Source of the DNA: Bacillota bacterium
GTDB lineage: Bacteria > Bacillota > Desulfotomaculia > Desulfotomaculales > JBFMEU01
NCBI GenBank assembly: GCA_040753155.1
Contig: JBFMEU010000002.1
Location: 5,633 to 69,632 of the forward strand
Length of the DNA: 64,000 nucleotides
Direction of reading: 5' to 3'
How positions within the stretch are numbered: position 1 is the first letter of the stretch; each line of letters starts with the position of its first letter. Below are positions 35,683-47,556 of the stretch, piece after piece. The notes below the pieces were generated by a model that was not told the DNA's origin, did not search any database, and saw nothing but the letters and a program-made list of their open reading frames with translations. The position numbers and the translations under genes are program-made.

Positions 35683-36043
35683 TCAGAAGTCAGAAGTCAG
35701 AAGTCAGAAGTCAGGAGTCAGGAGTCAGGAGTCAGAATGAGAAAACCAGCGAAAACATCTGAAGATTTACTGGTATGGCGGAAGTCTTAATAGGCGCCTG
35801 TTTGCACTTGCGGTTCAACGTTTATCACTGAACTAATCCGCCCTAAGACCCCCGCCTCTGTAGGCGGCGGGTTTCAAAGGGCGGTTAAGTCCAGTATGGA
35901 CTCGGCTAACATTCAGAGGGGGTTGAATCCCCCTCTGAATGAAGTCTCGTTCAACCATTGCAAGAGGTTAGTAAATTGCTGGAAGCATATTCTCGGGGCA
36001 TTCTGAATCCTGACTTCTGAATTCTGAATACCTGAATAGTAAC
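35683..36043 (+). repeat. H element copy H8, interrupted by A element A6
   Basis: (agaagtc/aggagtc) array, then agaatgagaaaaccagcgaaaacatctgaagat...cttgcggttcaacgTTTATC[A6]cattgcaagagg...ggaagcatattctcggggcattctgaatcctgacttctgaattctgaatacctgaatagtaac. Confidence 0.9.
35821..35955 (+). mobile_element. A element copy A6 (full length, nested in H8)
   Basis: tttatcactgaactaatccgccctaagaccc...ctctgaatgaagtctcgttcaac. Same sequence as A3. Confidence 0.9.
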
Positions 36044-36074
36044 AAATTATTAAAGCAAATTTGTCCGTAAGACT

Positions 36075-36130
36075 AAAAAAAGGACGGGCTGCTATTTCGC
36101 TTTGTGAAAAAGTTGCCTGTCTCCTTTTTG
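36075..36130. terminator. E-family terminator hairpin (E2)
   Basis: aaaaaaaggacgggctgctatttcgctttgtgaaaaagttgcctgtctcctttttg. Confidence 0.65.
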
Positions 36131-36190
36131 TTTTGTGCGGCAGGGATTTTGGAGTAAAGGGAGTATAGTTGTAACAGATTGCTGTTATTA

Positions 36191-36284
36191 ATAAAGAAGA
36201 CTTGGTTCAGGCGGGGTTTTAACCCATACGTTGGGGACATTCCTTATGCGAGGGCGGGGTCTTACAGGCTGTGCGAAGATGAAA
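36191..36284 (+). repeat. C element copy C4 (short recombinant form)
   Basis: ataaagaagacttggttcaggcggggttttaacccatacgttggggacattcct|tatgcgagggcggggtcttacaggctgtgcgaagatgaaa. Confidence 0.8.
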
Positions 36285-36298
36285 CAGGGGTTGATACT

Positions 36299-36748
36299 TT
36301 GAAAAGGCCTACCTGGGACGAGTATTTCATGGCCATAACCACGGTGGTGGCCAGGCGATCCACCTGCCTGAGACGGCAGGTGGGGTCAGTGATTGTGCGG
36401 GAAAACAGGATCCTGGCCACGGGCTACAACGGAGCCCCGGCCGGACTCCGCCACTGCCTGGAGGTGGGCTGTCTGCGGCAGCGCCGGGGCGTGCCCCCGG
36501 GGGAGCGGCACGAACTGTGCCGGGGCCTGCACGCCGAGCAGAACGCCCTGATCCAGGCTGCTTCGTACGGCATTGCCATCCAGGGGGCCGGCTTCTACGT
36601 TACCCACCAGCCCTGCGCGCTGTGCGCCAAAATGATGGCCAACGCCGGCATTGAGAAGGTAGTGTTTGCCGGGGACTATCCCGATCAACTGGCCCAGGAA
36701 ATTTGCCGGGAGGCCGGCATCATCATGGTCCGTTTCCCCGCAGTATAG
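36299..36748 (+). CDS. comEB: dCMP deaminase (ComEB-type)
   Basis: (M)KRPTWDEYFM...HAEQNALIQA...PCALCAKMMANAGI (zinc motifs HAE / PCxxC). TTG 36299; the ORF track starts at 36179, inside the C element. Confidence 0.88.
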   Translation: MKRPTWDEYFMAITTVVARRSTCLRRQVGSVIVRENRILATGYNGAPAGLRHCLEVGCLRQRRGVPPGERHELCRGLHAEQNALIQAASYGIAIQGAGFYVTHQPCALCAKMMANAGIEKVVFAGDYPDQLAQEICREAGIIMVRFPAV

Positions 36749-36759
36749 GAGGTGCGCCG

Positions 36760-37392
36760 ATGTCCCGGTGCCGGATTTGCCTGCCCAGGCTTAACAACCT
36801 GTCTCCAACCCTTGAATCCACGGTGCTAAAACTAATGGAAGAAGCCGGGGAGCTGGCCCGGGCGGTGCTCAAGCACATGGCCGGGGACGGGCGGACGGAT
36901 CTGTTGACCGATGTGGCCCGGGAGCTGTTGGACGTGGCCCAGACCTGCATCTCCATGGTGTTTGTCCTGGAGGAAAGCCACCAGATCATGGTGGAGACTT
37001 TGACCGGGGAGCACCTGGCCAAGCTGGCGGCCAAGGGCTACCGCTATCCCCCGGGTCCTGCTTACGGCCTGCACACCGCTCCGGGGGGCGGCAAGTGCCT
37101 CAACCTGCCCCGGCTGCAGCTGGAGGACGTGGACCTTTTAAAAACCGTGTGCAAAATTCAGGAAGAAATTGGCGAGCTGACCGAGTACCTGGGCAAGGGC
37201 GCCGCCCTGAGCGGCGAGCGGAAAAGTCTCGACCGGGCCGGGGTAATGAGGGGCTGCGCCCTGGAGCTGCTGGACATAGCCCAGTGCTGCTTCACCATGA
37301 TGTATATACTAACTGATCGCCACGGGGTGGACATGCAGGATATGCTGCGCCAGCACAACGCCAAGCTGAAAGCGAGAGGCTACTGCAAATAG
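36760..37392 (+). CDS. Tandem MazG-like nucleotide pyrophosphohydrolase-domain protein
   Basis: Two repeats of the EExGEL...LLDxAQ pattern (LMEEAGELARAV...LLDVAQTC and IQEEIGELTEYL...LLDIAQCC). SD taggaggtg precedes ATG 36760. Confidence 0.5.
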   Translation: MSRCRICLPRLNNLSPTLESTVLKLMEEAGELARAVLKHMAGDGRTDLLTDVARELLDVAQTCISMVFVLEESHQIMVETLTGEHLAKLAAKGYRYPPGPAYGLHTAPGGGKCLNLPRLQLEDVDLLKTVCKIQEEIGELTEYLGKGAALSGERKSLDRAGVMRGCALELLDIAQCCFTMMYILTDRHGVDMQDMLRQHNAKLKARGYCK

Positions 37393-37673
37393 CGGAGGTT
37401 GGAAGTTAGAGGTTGGAAGTTGGAAAAGAGTAAAAGGCTCATAATTGGAGCTTTGTTGCAGAAAACCGCTCTAATTCTAATTGTTGGCGTATTAAGCCTG
37501 AAAATGACGTTTTTAAGTGTATACCTACTTTGATATAATTAAGAGCAAACTTGGAGGTTATTATTTTAAAAAAAACATATACTATAGGTATGATGCAGTA
37601 TGGCCAGCCTGCGGGAGTGGGCAGAGGTGCGGGGTAAGTCCATAGGGCGCCTGTGACACAACGGTCATACTGA

Positions 37674-38237
37674 TTATATTTTTATAACTTCTTTTTGAAG
37701 TAAATGTTCTACAATCTCAAAAAATGAATACTCATCTCTCCTTACAAAATGCCTGCATACAGTACCTGCTAGAGCATCTGTGACTTGAATGCCTTTTTCT
37801 TGCTCTGAGTTTAGCCATGTAATATTAAGATCTGGCATTGCCAAATCTTTTTTTATTTTTCTAATATGCTTGTCCATGTGTTTTGGGCATTGTACTTGGT
37901 CAACTGCTATAATAATATCTTTTTCTGAAATGTCACAGTGTTGTAGTAGTTTTACTAAACTCCTCACGTAATTATTTTTATGACTTACATAATTTGTATT
38001 TATAATAGCCCAAAAATATATTTTTTTATTGGCAATTTCGTTTAGTATTTTTTTCCTTTCCCTTTTACTAGCGTTACTATCCTTGTATTCATTTGCCTTA
38101 AAACCTTTGATTAAGCGTTTCATATAATTACGCCATTTTTTTACTATTAATTCAGCGTCTTTGTAGTCGTCTATTCTAATAATTGCAAAAACCCACTGGT
38201 TAGCATGCCCTGACTCATCAACATAATAATATGCCAA
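37674..38237 (-). CDS. DUF3800-family protein on an AT-rich islet
   Basis: MAYYYVDESGHAN... is the DUF3800 N-terminal (I/V)DESG motif. 187 aa; GC is far below the flanks. Confidence 0.6.
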   Translation of the reverse strand: MAYYYVDESGHANQWVFAIIRIDDYKDAELIVKKWRNYMKRLIKGFKANEYKDSNASKRERKKILNEIANKKIYFWAIINTNYVSHKNNYVRSLVKLLQHCDISEKDIIIAVDQVQCPKHMDKHIRKIKKDLAMPDLNITWLNSEQEKGIQVTDALAGTVCRHFVRRDEYSFFEIVEHLLQKEVIKI

Positions 38238-38477
38238 TCTAAATCCCTACCCGCTTCTTGTTTAATTATTGTTTTATTATACTAAATAATTTGTTACATA
38301 AAAGTATTAAAAGTCATTTTTATAGTAGCATCCCAGAATTTATATATATGTGTGATTTATATGCCTTTCCAAGCAACTGAACGAAGTACATACCCAGGGT
38401 GATAGTAGGAAGTTAGTGGTTGGTAAAATATAAGGTGTGACGAGGAGAGCGTTCTTTTGGTCGCGTTGGGAGGTAAT

Positions 38478-39623
38478 ATGCTTAAAATAGTTGCGGTATT
38501 TGGCACCAGGCCGGAGGCGATCAAGATGGCGCCCCTGGTCAAGCTTCTGGAAAAAGACGAGGCCATCGACTGCCGGGTGGTGGTGACGGCCCAGCACCGG
38601 GAGATGCTGGACCAGGTGCTGGGCCTGTTCGACATCAGGCCGGCCCACGACCTGGACATCATGCGGCCGGGCCAGAGCTTGTTCGATATCACCGGTCGGG
38701 CCCTGGGGGGGCTGGGGCCGGTGCTGGAAAAGGAGCGTCCGGATCTGGTGCTGGTCCACGGGGACACCACCACCACCTTTGTGGCGGCCCTGGCCTCCTA
38801 TTACCTGCGGCTGCCGGTGGGCCACGTGGAGGCGGGCCTGCGCACCGGCGACCGCTATTCGCCCTTTCCCGAAGAAATGAACCGCCACCTGACCGGCGCC
38901 CTGGCGGAACTGCACTTCGCCCCCACCCCGGCGTCCCGGAACAACCTGCTGCGGGAGGGGGTGGCCCGGGATAAGATTTTCGTTACCGGCAATACCGTTA
39001 TCGACGCCCTGCTGGCCACGATAAGGCCGGACTACAGCTTTGAGGGGCGGGAACAGGCCCTGGCCGGGATAGATTTTGACAGCCGGCGGGTTTTGCTGGT
39101 GACAACCCACCGGCGGGAAAACCTGGGGGAGCCGATGCGGGAGATCTACCTGGCCCTGGCGGAAATCGTCCGGGACTACCCCGGTGTCGAGGTTATTTTT
39201 CCGGTACACCGGAACCCCGCGGTGCGCGGGGTGGCGGAAGAAGCGCTGGGGGGACTGGACCGGGTGCATTTGATTGAGCCCATGGATTATGAGCCCTTCG
39301 TCAACCTGATGGCCCGAAGCCACCTGGTGCTTACCGACTCCGGCGGGATGCAGGAGGAGGCCCCGTCCCTGGGCAAGCCGGTGCTGGTGCTGCGCAACAC
39401 CACCGAGCGGCCCGAGGCGGCGGAAGCGGGGACTGTAAAGCTGGTGGGTGCCAGCCGGGCGGCCGTACTTAAAGAAACGCGCCGGCTGCTGGACGATCCC
39501 GGGGCCTACCGGGCCATGTCCAACGCCGTAAACCCATACGGCGACGGCAAGGCGTCGGGCAGGATAGTGGCCTCGATTAAATACCGCTATGGTCTGGTCA
39601 ACTCCCCGCCGGAGGAGTTTTGA
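38478..39623 (+). CDS. wecB: UDP-N-acetylglucosamine 2-epimerase (non-hydrolysing)
   Basis: MLKIVAVFGTRPEAIKMAPL...VLVHGDTTTT...TDSGGMQEEAPSLGKPVLVLR. Confidence 0.93.
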   Translation: MLKIVAVFGTRPEAIKMAPLVKLLEKDEAIDCRVVVTAQHREMLDQVLGLFDIRPAHDLDIMRPGQSLFDITGRALGGLGPVLEKERPDLVLVHGDTTTTFVAALASYYLRLPVGHVEAGLRTGDRYSPFPEEMNRHLTGALAELHFAPTPASRNNLLREGVARDKIFVTGNTVIDALLATIRPDYSFEGREQALAGIDFDSRRVLLVTTHRRENLGEPMREIYLALAEIVRDYPGVEVIFPVHRNPAVRGVAEEALGGLDRVHLIEPMDYEPFVNLMARSHLVLTDSGGMQEEAPSLGKPVLVLRNTTERPEAAEAGTVKLVGASRAAVLKETRRLLDDPGAYRAMSNAVNPYGDGKASGRIVASIKYRYGLVNSPPEEF

Positions 39624-39919
39624 CTCAGTGAGACAAGGGGGGCGGACAGGGGGGCGGTTCTTGTGTCTGCGCAAGCCAATAATTCCTCCCGGGTTCCGGG
39701 AGGAATAACGCGCCCGGGAGAGAATTAAAACTCCAGGTAAAAAAATTTTACCTCAGCTTAAAAAAAGTAAAGTGGCGTGGAGGAATAGCTCTGTTTTTGT
39801 AGAATACTAAAGCTCATAAAATGTAATCCAGCCGACAACCAAATGTAAAAATATGACTGTAATTGGAGCCGGGCGCTACAAATAAACACACATAAAAGGT
39901 GTGGTGCAACTATAAAATT

Positions 39920-40153
39920 ATGGAAGAAAAAAAGCGTAGGCCCAACGAAATAGTGCGGGCTATGGCCATCTCCACGGCTTTGGGCACGGAAATGGCTATT
40001 TGTGTGGTAGCGGGGTTTTACGGGGGCAGGTACATCGACGGCCTTCTGGGCACCGGTCCCTGGATTATGATTGTGGGCATTCTCCTGGGTGTGGCTGCGG
40101 GCACGTTTGGAATAATGAAAATTCTGGAGCGGTACATGAAAAACTTGGGGTGA
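39920..40153 (+). CDS. atpZ: AtpZ/AtpI-family small membrane protein
   Basis: 77 aa, 2 TM segments, first gene of the atp cluster. Confidence 0.7.
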   Translation: MEEKKRRPNEIVRAMAISTALGTEMAICVVAGFYGGRYIDGLLGTGPWIMIVGILLGVAAGTFGIMKILERYMKNLG

Positions 40154-40157
40154 ACTT

Positions 40158-40574
40158 ATGTACAAACCAAGCCCGATAAGAGATATAGACGAACAATTCC
40201 GGCGTACGGCGGTAATCACCGGGATGATCCTGGCGGCTGCCGGTACGCTGTTGATTTGGGATCCCCAAAACCCACTGGTCCGGGGCTTTCTGCTTGGTGG
40301 TTTGTGCGGCCTGTTCAACGCCAAAACTCTGGTCAGGCGGATGCACGCGATGGCCGGCCTTGACGCCAGGCGGGCCAACAACCTCATGAAGCAGGGCAGT
40401 TTTATGCGTATGGCTTTGGTAATCGCCCTGGCCCTCCTGGCCAGCCGAACCGAAGCTATCAGCTTGTTTGGAGTAGGCGCGGGTCTTTTAACCGTTACCC
40501 TGATTACGGCAACGGATGCGCTGTTCAGCCTGGGCAGGTATTTTGCGGCGCGCGGCGCCGTGGATAGAATATAA
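40158..40574 (+). CDS. atpI: ATP synthase protein I
   Basis: 138 aa membrane protein between atpZ and atpB. Confidence 0.7.
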   Translation: MYKPSPIRDIDEQFRRTAVITGMILAAAGTLLIWDPQNPLVRGFLLGGLCGLFNAKTLVRRMHAMAGLDARRANNLMKQGSFMRMALVIALALLASRTEAISLFGVGAGLLTVTLITATDALFSLGRYFAARGAVDRI

Positions 40575-40729
40575 AGAAGACTTGGTTCAGTCGTACTTAT
40601 TTCGAGTTTACAGCCTGTTAATCCCATTAGTTGGGGACATTCCTGTCCCCAGAGAAATACCCAAGCTTCAGCAGGTGTGGCCCCTTTCCTTATGCGAGGG
40701 CGGGATCTTACAGGCTGTGCGAAGATAAA
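40571..40729 (+). repeat. C element copy C5 (inside the atp operon, between atpI and atpB)
   Basis: ataaagaagacttggttcag|tcgtacttatttcgagtttacagcctgt-taatcccattagttGGGGACAttcctgtcc...caggtgTGGCCCC...cttacaggctgtgcgaagataaa. The atpI stop lies in the left junction. Confidence 0.85.
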
Positions 40730-40763
40730 TAAAAATCTCAGATGAAAGGGGTGAGAATAGAGG

Positions 40764-41492
40764 GTGAAAACTTATCAAGAGATAGAATATGAAGTTAACG
40801 TATGGGGCTTTCCCAAGGAACCCATCGAGACCTTCATAGGACAGATCAACGCCATGACCATTGTGCACACGTGGATTGTCATGTTTCTAGTAGCTGTGCT
40901 CCTGATCGCGGCAACCAGAAGCATGAGCCTGGAAAGACCGGGTAAGCTGCAGTTGATCATCGAGGAAATCTTCCAGTTTCTGCGGGGCGTAACCAGAGAC
41001 AGTCTGGACGCCAAAAAGGCTTCCTTGATGATGTGTTTTGTATTTAGTCTTTTTATGTTCATTTTAATTTCCAACCTGTGGGGCCTGATTCCCACCATGT
41101 ATTCCCCGACGGCGGATTTAAACACCACCATGGGGCTGGCGCTAATGGTATATGGGTTGACTGTAGTCCTGGGGATCTATTACAAGGGATTAAAGTACTT
41201 TAAACATTTTATCCAGCCATTCCCGTTCTTCCTTCCTCTGGTCATCGTTGAAGAACTGGCCAAGCCGCTAACCATGGCCTTCCGTCTTTACGGGAACGTA
41301 TACGCCGGCAAGGTGTTGGTTTACGTCCTGCTGGGCTTGATTCCCCTAACGGCGACTCTGATGGGCGGTTTTATTGCCTCGGTGATTTGGCTGGCCTTTA
41401 AGATCTTTATCAGCTGTGTCCAGGCCTATATTTTCTTCGTACTGACCGTTACCTATACATCCCAGGCCATCATGGAAGCGGATCATCATTAA
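40764..41492 (+). CDS. atpB: F0F1 ATP synthase subunit a
   Basis: [17 protein letters not shown] (conserved Arg region). 242 aa. Confidence 0.92.
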   Translation: MKTYQEIEYEVNVWGFPKEPIETFIGQINAMTIVHTWIVMFLVAVLLIAATRSMSLERPGKLQLIIEEIFQFLRGVTRDSLDAKKASLMMCFVFSLFMFILISNLWGLIPTMYSPTADLNTTMGLALMVYGLTVVLGIYYKGLKYFKHFIQPFPFFLPLVIVEELAKPLTMAFRLYGNVYAGKVLVYVLLGLIPLTATLMGGFIASVIWLAFKIFISCVQAYIFFVLTVTYTSQAIMEADHH

Positions 41493-41592
41493 CCTGAAGT
41501 ATTTAATTAACCAGCTAATAACACATACATTTAGACAGGTGGTTGTTTTACAGTGCATTAGAATTACAATATTGGAAGGGAGGGGAAAAAAA

Positions 41593-41826
41593 ATGGAGGT
41601 AGGCGCAGCTTCTGCTATTGGTATGGGATTAGCCGCTGGTCTGGCTGCTGTCGGCGCAGGTGTTGGTGTTGGTTACTTGACGGGTAATACTGTTACTTCA
41701 ATCGCCCGCCAGCCGGAACTGAGAGGCAGCCTGATGGGCACCATGTTCATCGGCCTGGGTCTGGTCGAGGCCATGCCGATTATCGCGATCGTTATTGCAT
41801 TCATTCTGATGGGTAATATCGGCTAA
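41593..41826 (+). CDS. atpE: F0F1 ATP synthase subunit c
   Basis: [25 protein letters not shown]...[15 protein letters not shown]. Confidence 0.92.
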   Translation: MEVGAASAIGMGLAAGLAAVGAGVGVGYLTGNTVTSIARQPELRGSLMGTMFIGLGLVEAMPIIAIVIAFILMGNIG

Positions 41827-41936
41827 GGTTCCGGGTCAGAATTGGTCAATGGGAGGTATAGCAGGTTTTGAGAGGCATAATAGTTTCAAAACCTGCTATG
41901 ACCTTTGTCCGCTGACGTTTGGAAGGAGGGAAATCA

Positions 41937-42443
41937 TTGGAAACCTTAACAACGGCCCTCAAGCTTAATTCTACGCTGATAGCGATGATCTTTCACTTCC
42001 TGGTATTATTGCTGTTTCTTCGTCTGGTAGTGTATAAGCCCCTGGTTAACATGATTGAAAAGCGCCAGGAGTTCATTGCTAATAACGTGGCTGCGGCCGA
42101 AGAGGAAAGAAAACAGGCCGAGGCATTGCGCCAGCAATACCTTGCCGATATGGAACAGGCCAGAGCCCAGGCCCAGGAGATGATCCAGAAGGCCACCCGG
42201 GCAGGGGAGGAGCAGGCCAGGGAGATTATTGAGGAGGCCAAGTTGGAAGCCTCCAAGATCAAAGATAACGCGCTGCTTGATATCCAACGGGAGAAGGAGA
42301 AAGCGGTTGCTGAATTGCGCGGGCATGTTGCCACGCTGGCCGTCCTGGTTGCCGGCAAGGTTGTTAATGAAAAGATGACCGCCGACATCCAGAGCAATCT
42401 GGTTGACGAATTTATTAAAGAGGCAGGGGATCTGCCATGCTAA
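41937..42443 (+). CDS. atpF: F0F1 ATP synthase subunit b
   Basis: N-terminal TM then a long charged helix. SD ggaaggaggg precedes TTG 41937. Confidence 0.88.
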   Translation: METLTTALKLNSTLIAMIFHFLVLLLFLRLVVYKPLVNMIEKRQEFIANNVAAAEEERKQAEALRQQYLADMEQARAQAQEMIQKATRAGEEQAREIIEEAKLEASKIKDNALLDIQREKEKAVAELRGHVATLAVLVAGKVVNEKMTADIQSNLVDEFIKEAGDLPC

Positions 42444-42979
42444 AAGGGGCCGTGGCCGGGCGTTATGCCGAGGCCCTTTATGAAATTGCGGTCCGGGAAA
42501 ATATTGTCGACACCCTGGAAAATGAGCTGAAGGCTATTGTCGCAGCTATTGAAGCCAGCCCGGAGCTTAAAAAGGTTCTCTACCATCCCCGGATCACTGC
42601 GGGTGACAAAAAGGAAGTCGTCAAGAGGCTGTTTGCCGAAAATCTGTCCCAGGTGACAGTTAACTTTCTGTCCATGGTCATTGACCGGCAGCGGGAGACT
42701 TTCCTGGGGGATATGGTAGCAGTATTTGTTGAGCTGGCCAACAAGGCCCGCAACATTACCGATATTCATGTAACTTCTGCAGCGGAACTCACCGCCCGGC
42801 AAAAACAAATGATGAGCGATAACCTGTGCAAGGTTACCGGTCGCAAGGTGCAAATCACATATTCCGTGAACCCGTCCCTGATGGGCGGGGTAATAGCCCG
42901 GGTAGGCGACAAGGTTATCGACGGCAGCATCAAAACGCGGCTGGCTTCCCTCAGAGAACACCTCAGGCAAATAAGTTAA
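42437..42979 (+). CDS. atpH: F0F1 ATP synthase subunit delta
   Basis: VAGRYAEALYEIA... is OSCP-like. 180 aa. Confidence 0.9.
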   Translation: MLKGAVAGRYAEALYEIAVRENIVDTLENELKAIVAAIEASPELKKVLYHPRITAGDKKEVVKRLFAENLSQVTVNFLSMVIDRQRETFLGDMVAVFVELANKARNITDIHVTSAAELTARQKQMMSDNLCKVTGRKVQITYSVNPSLMGGVIARVGDKVIDGSIKTRLASLREHLRQIS

Positions 42980-43001
42980 GGGAATAGGGGTGAACCAGTA
43001 G

Positions 43002-44525
<1,524 letters not shown>

Positions 44526-44586
44526 TAGACTGAGGAACGCAGGCCGTTGCGACCAATGACCACACTTGAAGGTGGTGAAGAAATAA

Positions 44587-45453
44587 ATGCCAAGTTTGCG
44601 AGATCTCCGGCGCCGCATCAAGAGTATCAAAAGTACCCAGCAGATTACCAAGGCCATGAAGGCTGTTTCCGCGGCCAAAATGCGCAAGGCTCAAGATGCA
44701 GTGCTGGCGGCGCGCCCTTACTCCAAGCGGATCAAGGGTGTGCTGGGACGGGTCGCCAAGGCCTCCAGCGGCGTGAAGAACCCGCTATTGGCCGTGCGCG
44801 AGCCGAATAAAGTAGCCTATATAGTTATTACGGCTGACCGGGGTCTGTGCGGCGGCTTCAACAGCAACGTACTCCGCCGGGCGGCCCTGGAATTCAAAGG
44901 TCTTTCCGCCGAATTAAACCTGATTACCGTCGGGCGCAAGAGCCGCGACTTTTTCCGCCGCCGCAAATTTGATATCGCCCAGCAGTATATCGGCCTGGGT
45001 GATGATATCCATGGAGGAATTCCCAGGGATATCGCCAACTTCGTGACAGACAAGTATGCGGCAGCGGAATATGATGCGGTTTACTTGATTTACAGCCAGT
45101 ATATCAATGCCCTGGTGCAGAAGCCGGTTCTGGTCAAACTGCTCCCAGCCGAGCCTCCCGAGGAAGATGAGCAGACCAAGGAAGCTTCCAAGTATGTGGA
45201 CTACCTCTTCGAGCCGGAAGCCGGCGATGTGCTGGCCGTGCTGCTGCCCAGGTATATTGAGAACGCCATCTACCAGGGACTTCTGGAGTCCAAGGCCGGC
45301 GAGCACAGTGCCCGCATGGCGGCCATGGATAATGCCACCAAGAATGCTTCGGAAATGATCAACAAACTGACCCTGTCCATGAACAGGGCCCGCCAGGCCC
45401 AGATCACCAAGGAAATTTCCGAAATCGTCGGCGGCGCGGCTGCCCTGGAGTAA
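44587..45453 (+). CDS. atpG: F0F1 ATP synthase subunit gamma
   Basis: MPSLRDLRRRIKSIKSTQQITKAMKAVSAAKMRKAQ. Confidence 0.95.
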   Translation: MPSLRDLRRRIKSIKSTQQITKAMKAVSAAKMRKAQDAVLAARPYSKRIKGVLGRVAKASSGVKNPLLAVREPNKVAYIVITADRGLCGGFNSNVLRRAALEFKGLSAELNLITVGRKSRDFFRRRKFDIAQQYIGLGDDIHGGIPRDIANFVTDKYAAAEYDAVYLIYSQYINALVQKPVLVKLLPAEPPEEDEQTKEASKYVDYLFEPEAGDVLAVLLPRYIENAIYQGLLESKAGEHSARMAAMDNATKNASEMINKLTLSMNRARQAQITKEISEIVGGAAALE

Positions 45454-45558
45454 AAGAAACACCTGCTTTTTGCAACTCCTTTCGGTCGTTGCTTAAAGTT
45501 TCACCCTGTAGATTAACGGGGACAGTCTTGTCCCCGAACCTTAGCACGAAGGAGGTAA

Positions 45559-46980
<1,422 letters not shown>

Positions 46981-46998
46981 TAGAGGGGAGTGCGAAAT

Positions 46999-47400
46999 AT
47001 GTCGGAAAAAACCCAGCGACTGGAAATCGTTACCCCTCAGAAGAAGGTTTTCAGCGAGGATGTCAGATTCGTGGTGGCGCCTGGTGTTGAAGGCGAACTG
47101 GGTATCCTGCCGGATCACGCTCCGTTGATTTCGGCGCTCGCCATTGGCGTCTTGAGGATTCAGCAGGAAGGCAAAAACTTCAAGGTTTTTGTCAACGGCG
47201 GGTTTATGGAGGTCATCAACAGCAGGGTCACTGTTATCGCCAACTCTGCTGAGCGGGCCGAGGATATTGATATGAACCGGGCCGAGGCCGCCAGGCAGCG
47301 CGCCGAGCAGCGCCTGGCCGCAAAAACCCCCGAAATTGACCTGGCGCGGGCCGAGTTGGCGCTAAAGCGCGCCCTGACCCGGCTCAAAGCGGCAAAGTAA
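46999..47400 (+). CDS. atpC: F0F1 ATP synthase subunit epsilon
   Basis: LEIVTPQKKVFSEDVRFVVAPGVEGELGILPDHAPLI. Confidence 0.92.
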   Translation: MSEKTQRLEIVTPQKKVFSEDVRFVVAPGVEGELGILPDHAPLISALAIGVLRIQQEGKNFKVFVNGGFMEVINSRVTVIANSAERAEDIDMNRAEAARQRAEQRLAAKTPEIDLARAELALKRALTRLKAAK

Positions 47401-47410
47401 AAGAAAAAGT

Positions 47411-47466
47411 AAAAAGGACAGGCTGCTTTTTCGCAATGCGAAAAAAGTTGCCTGTCCTTTTTTTTC
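47411..47466. terminator. E-family terminator hairpin (E3) ending the atp operon
   Basis: aaaaaggacaggctgctttttcgcaatgcgaaaaaagttgcctgtcctttttttt. Confidence 0.8.
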
Positions 47467-47556
47467 ACCGGAAAGATGATCTTCCCGGTGTTTTTATTTT
47501 GGCACAAATGGAAATAATAGGATAGTAAGACGGTATTTTTAGAGGGGCTGGTCGGT

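Noticed and set aside
37598-37670. GC-rich patch in the DUF3800 islet considered as a tRNA or retron-type ncRNA
   Set aside because: There is no T-loop (GTTCRA) or acceptor pairing, and no reverse transcriptase nearby. It is kept only as a note within the islet finding.
39758-40627. 289-aa minus-strand ORF across atpZ/atpI, and the 261-aa plus-strand ORF 18095-18880 across the coiled-coil genes
   Set aside because: Both are antisense to compact, SD-preceded genes in operon context, and both have Ser/Arg/Cys-rich implausible sequences.
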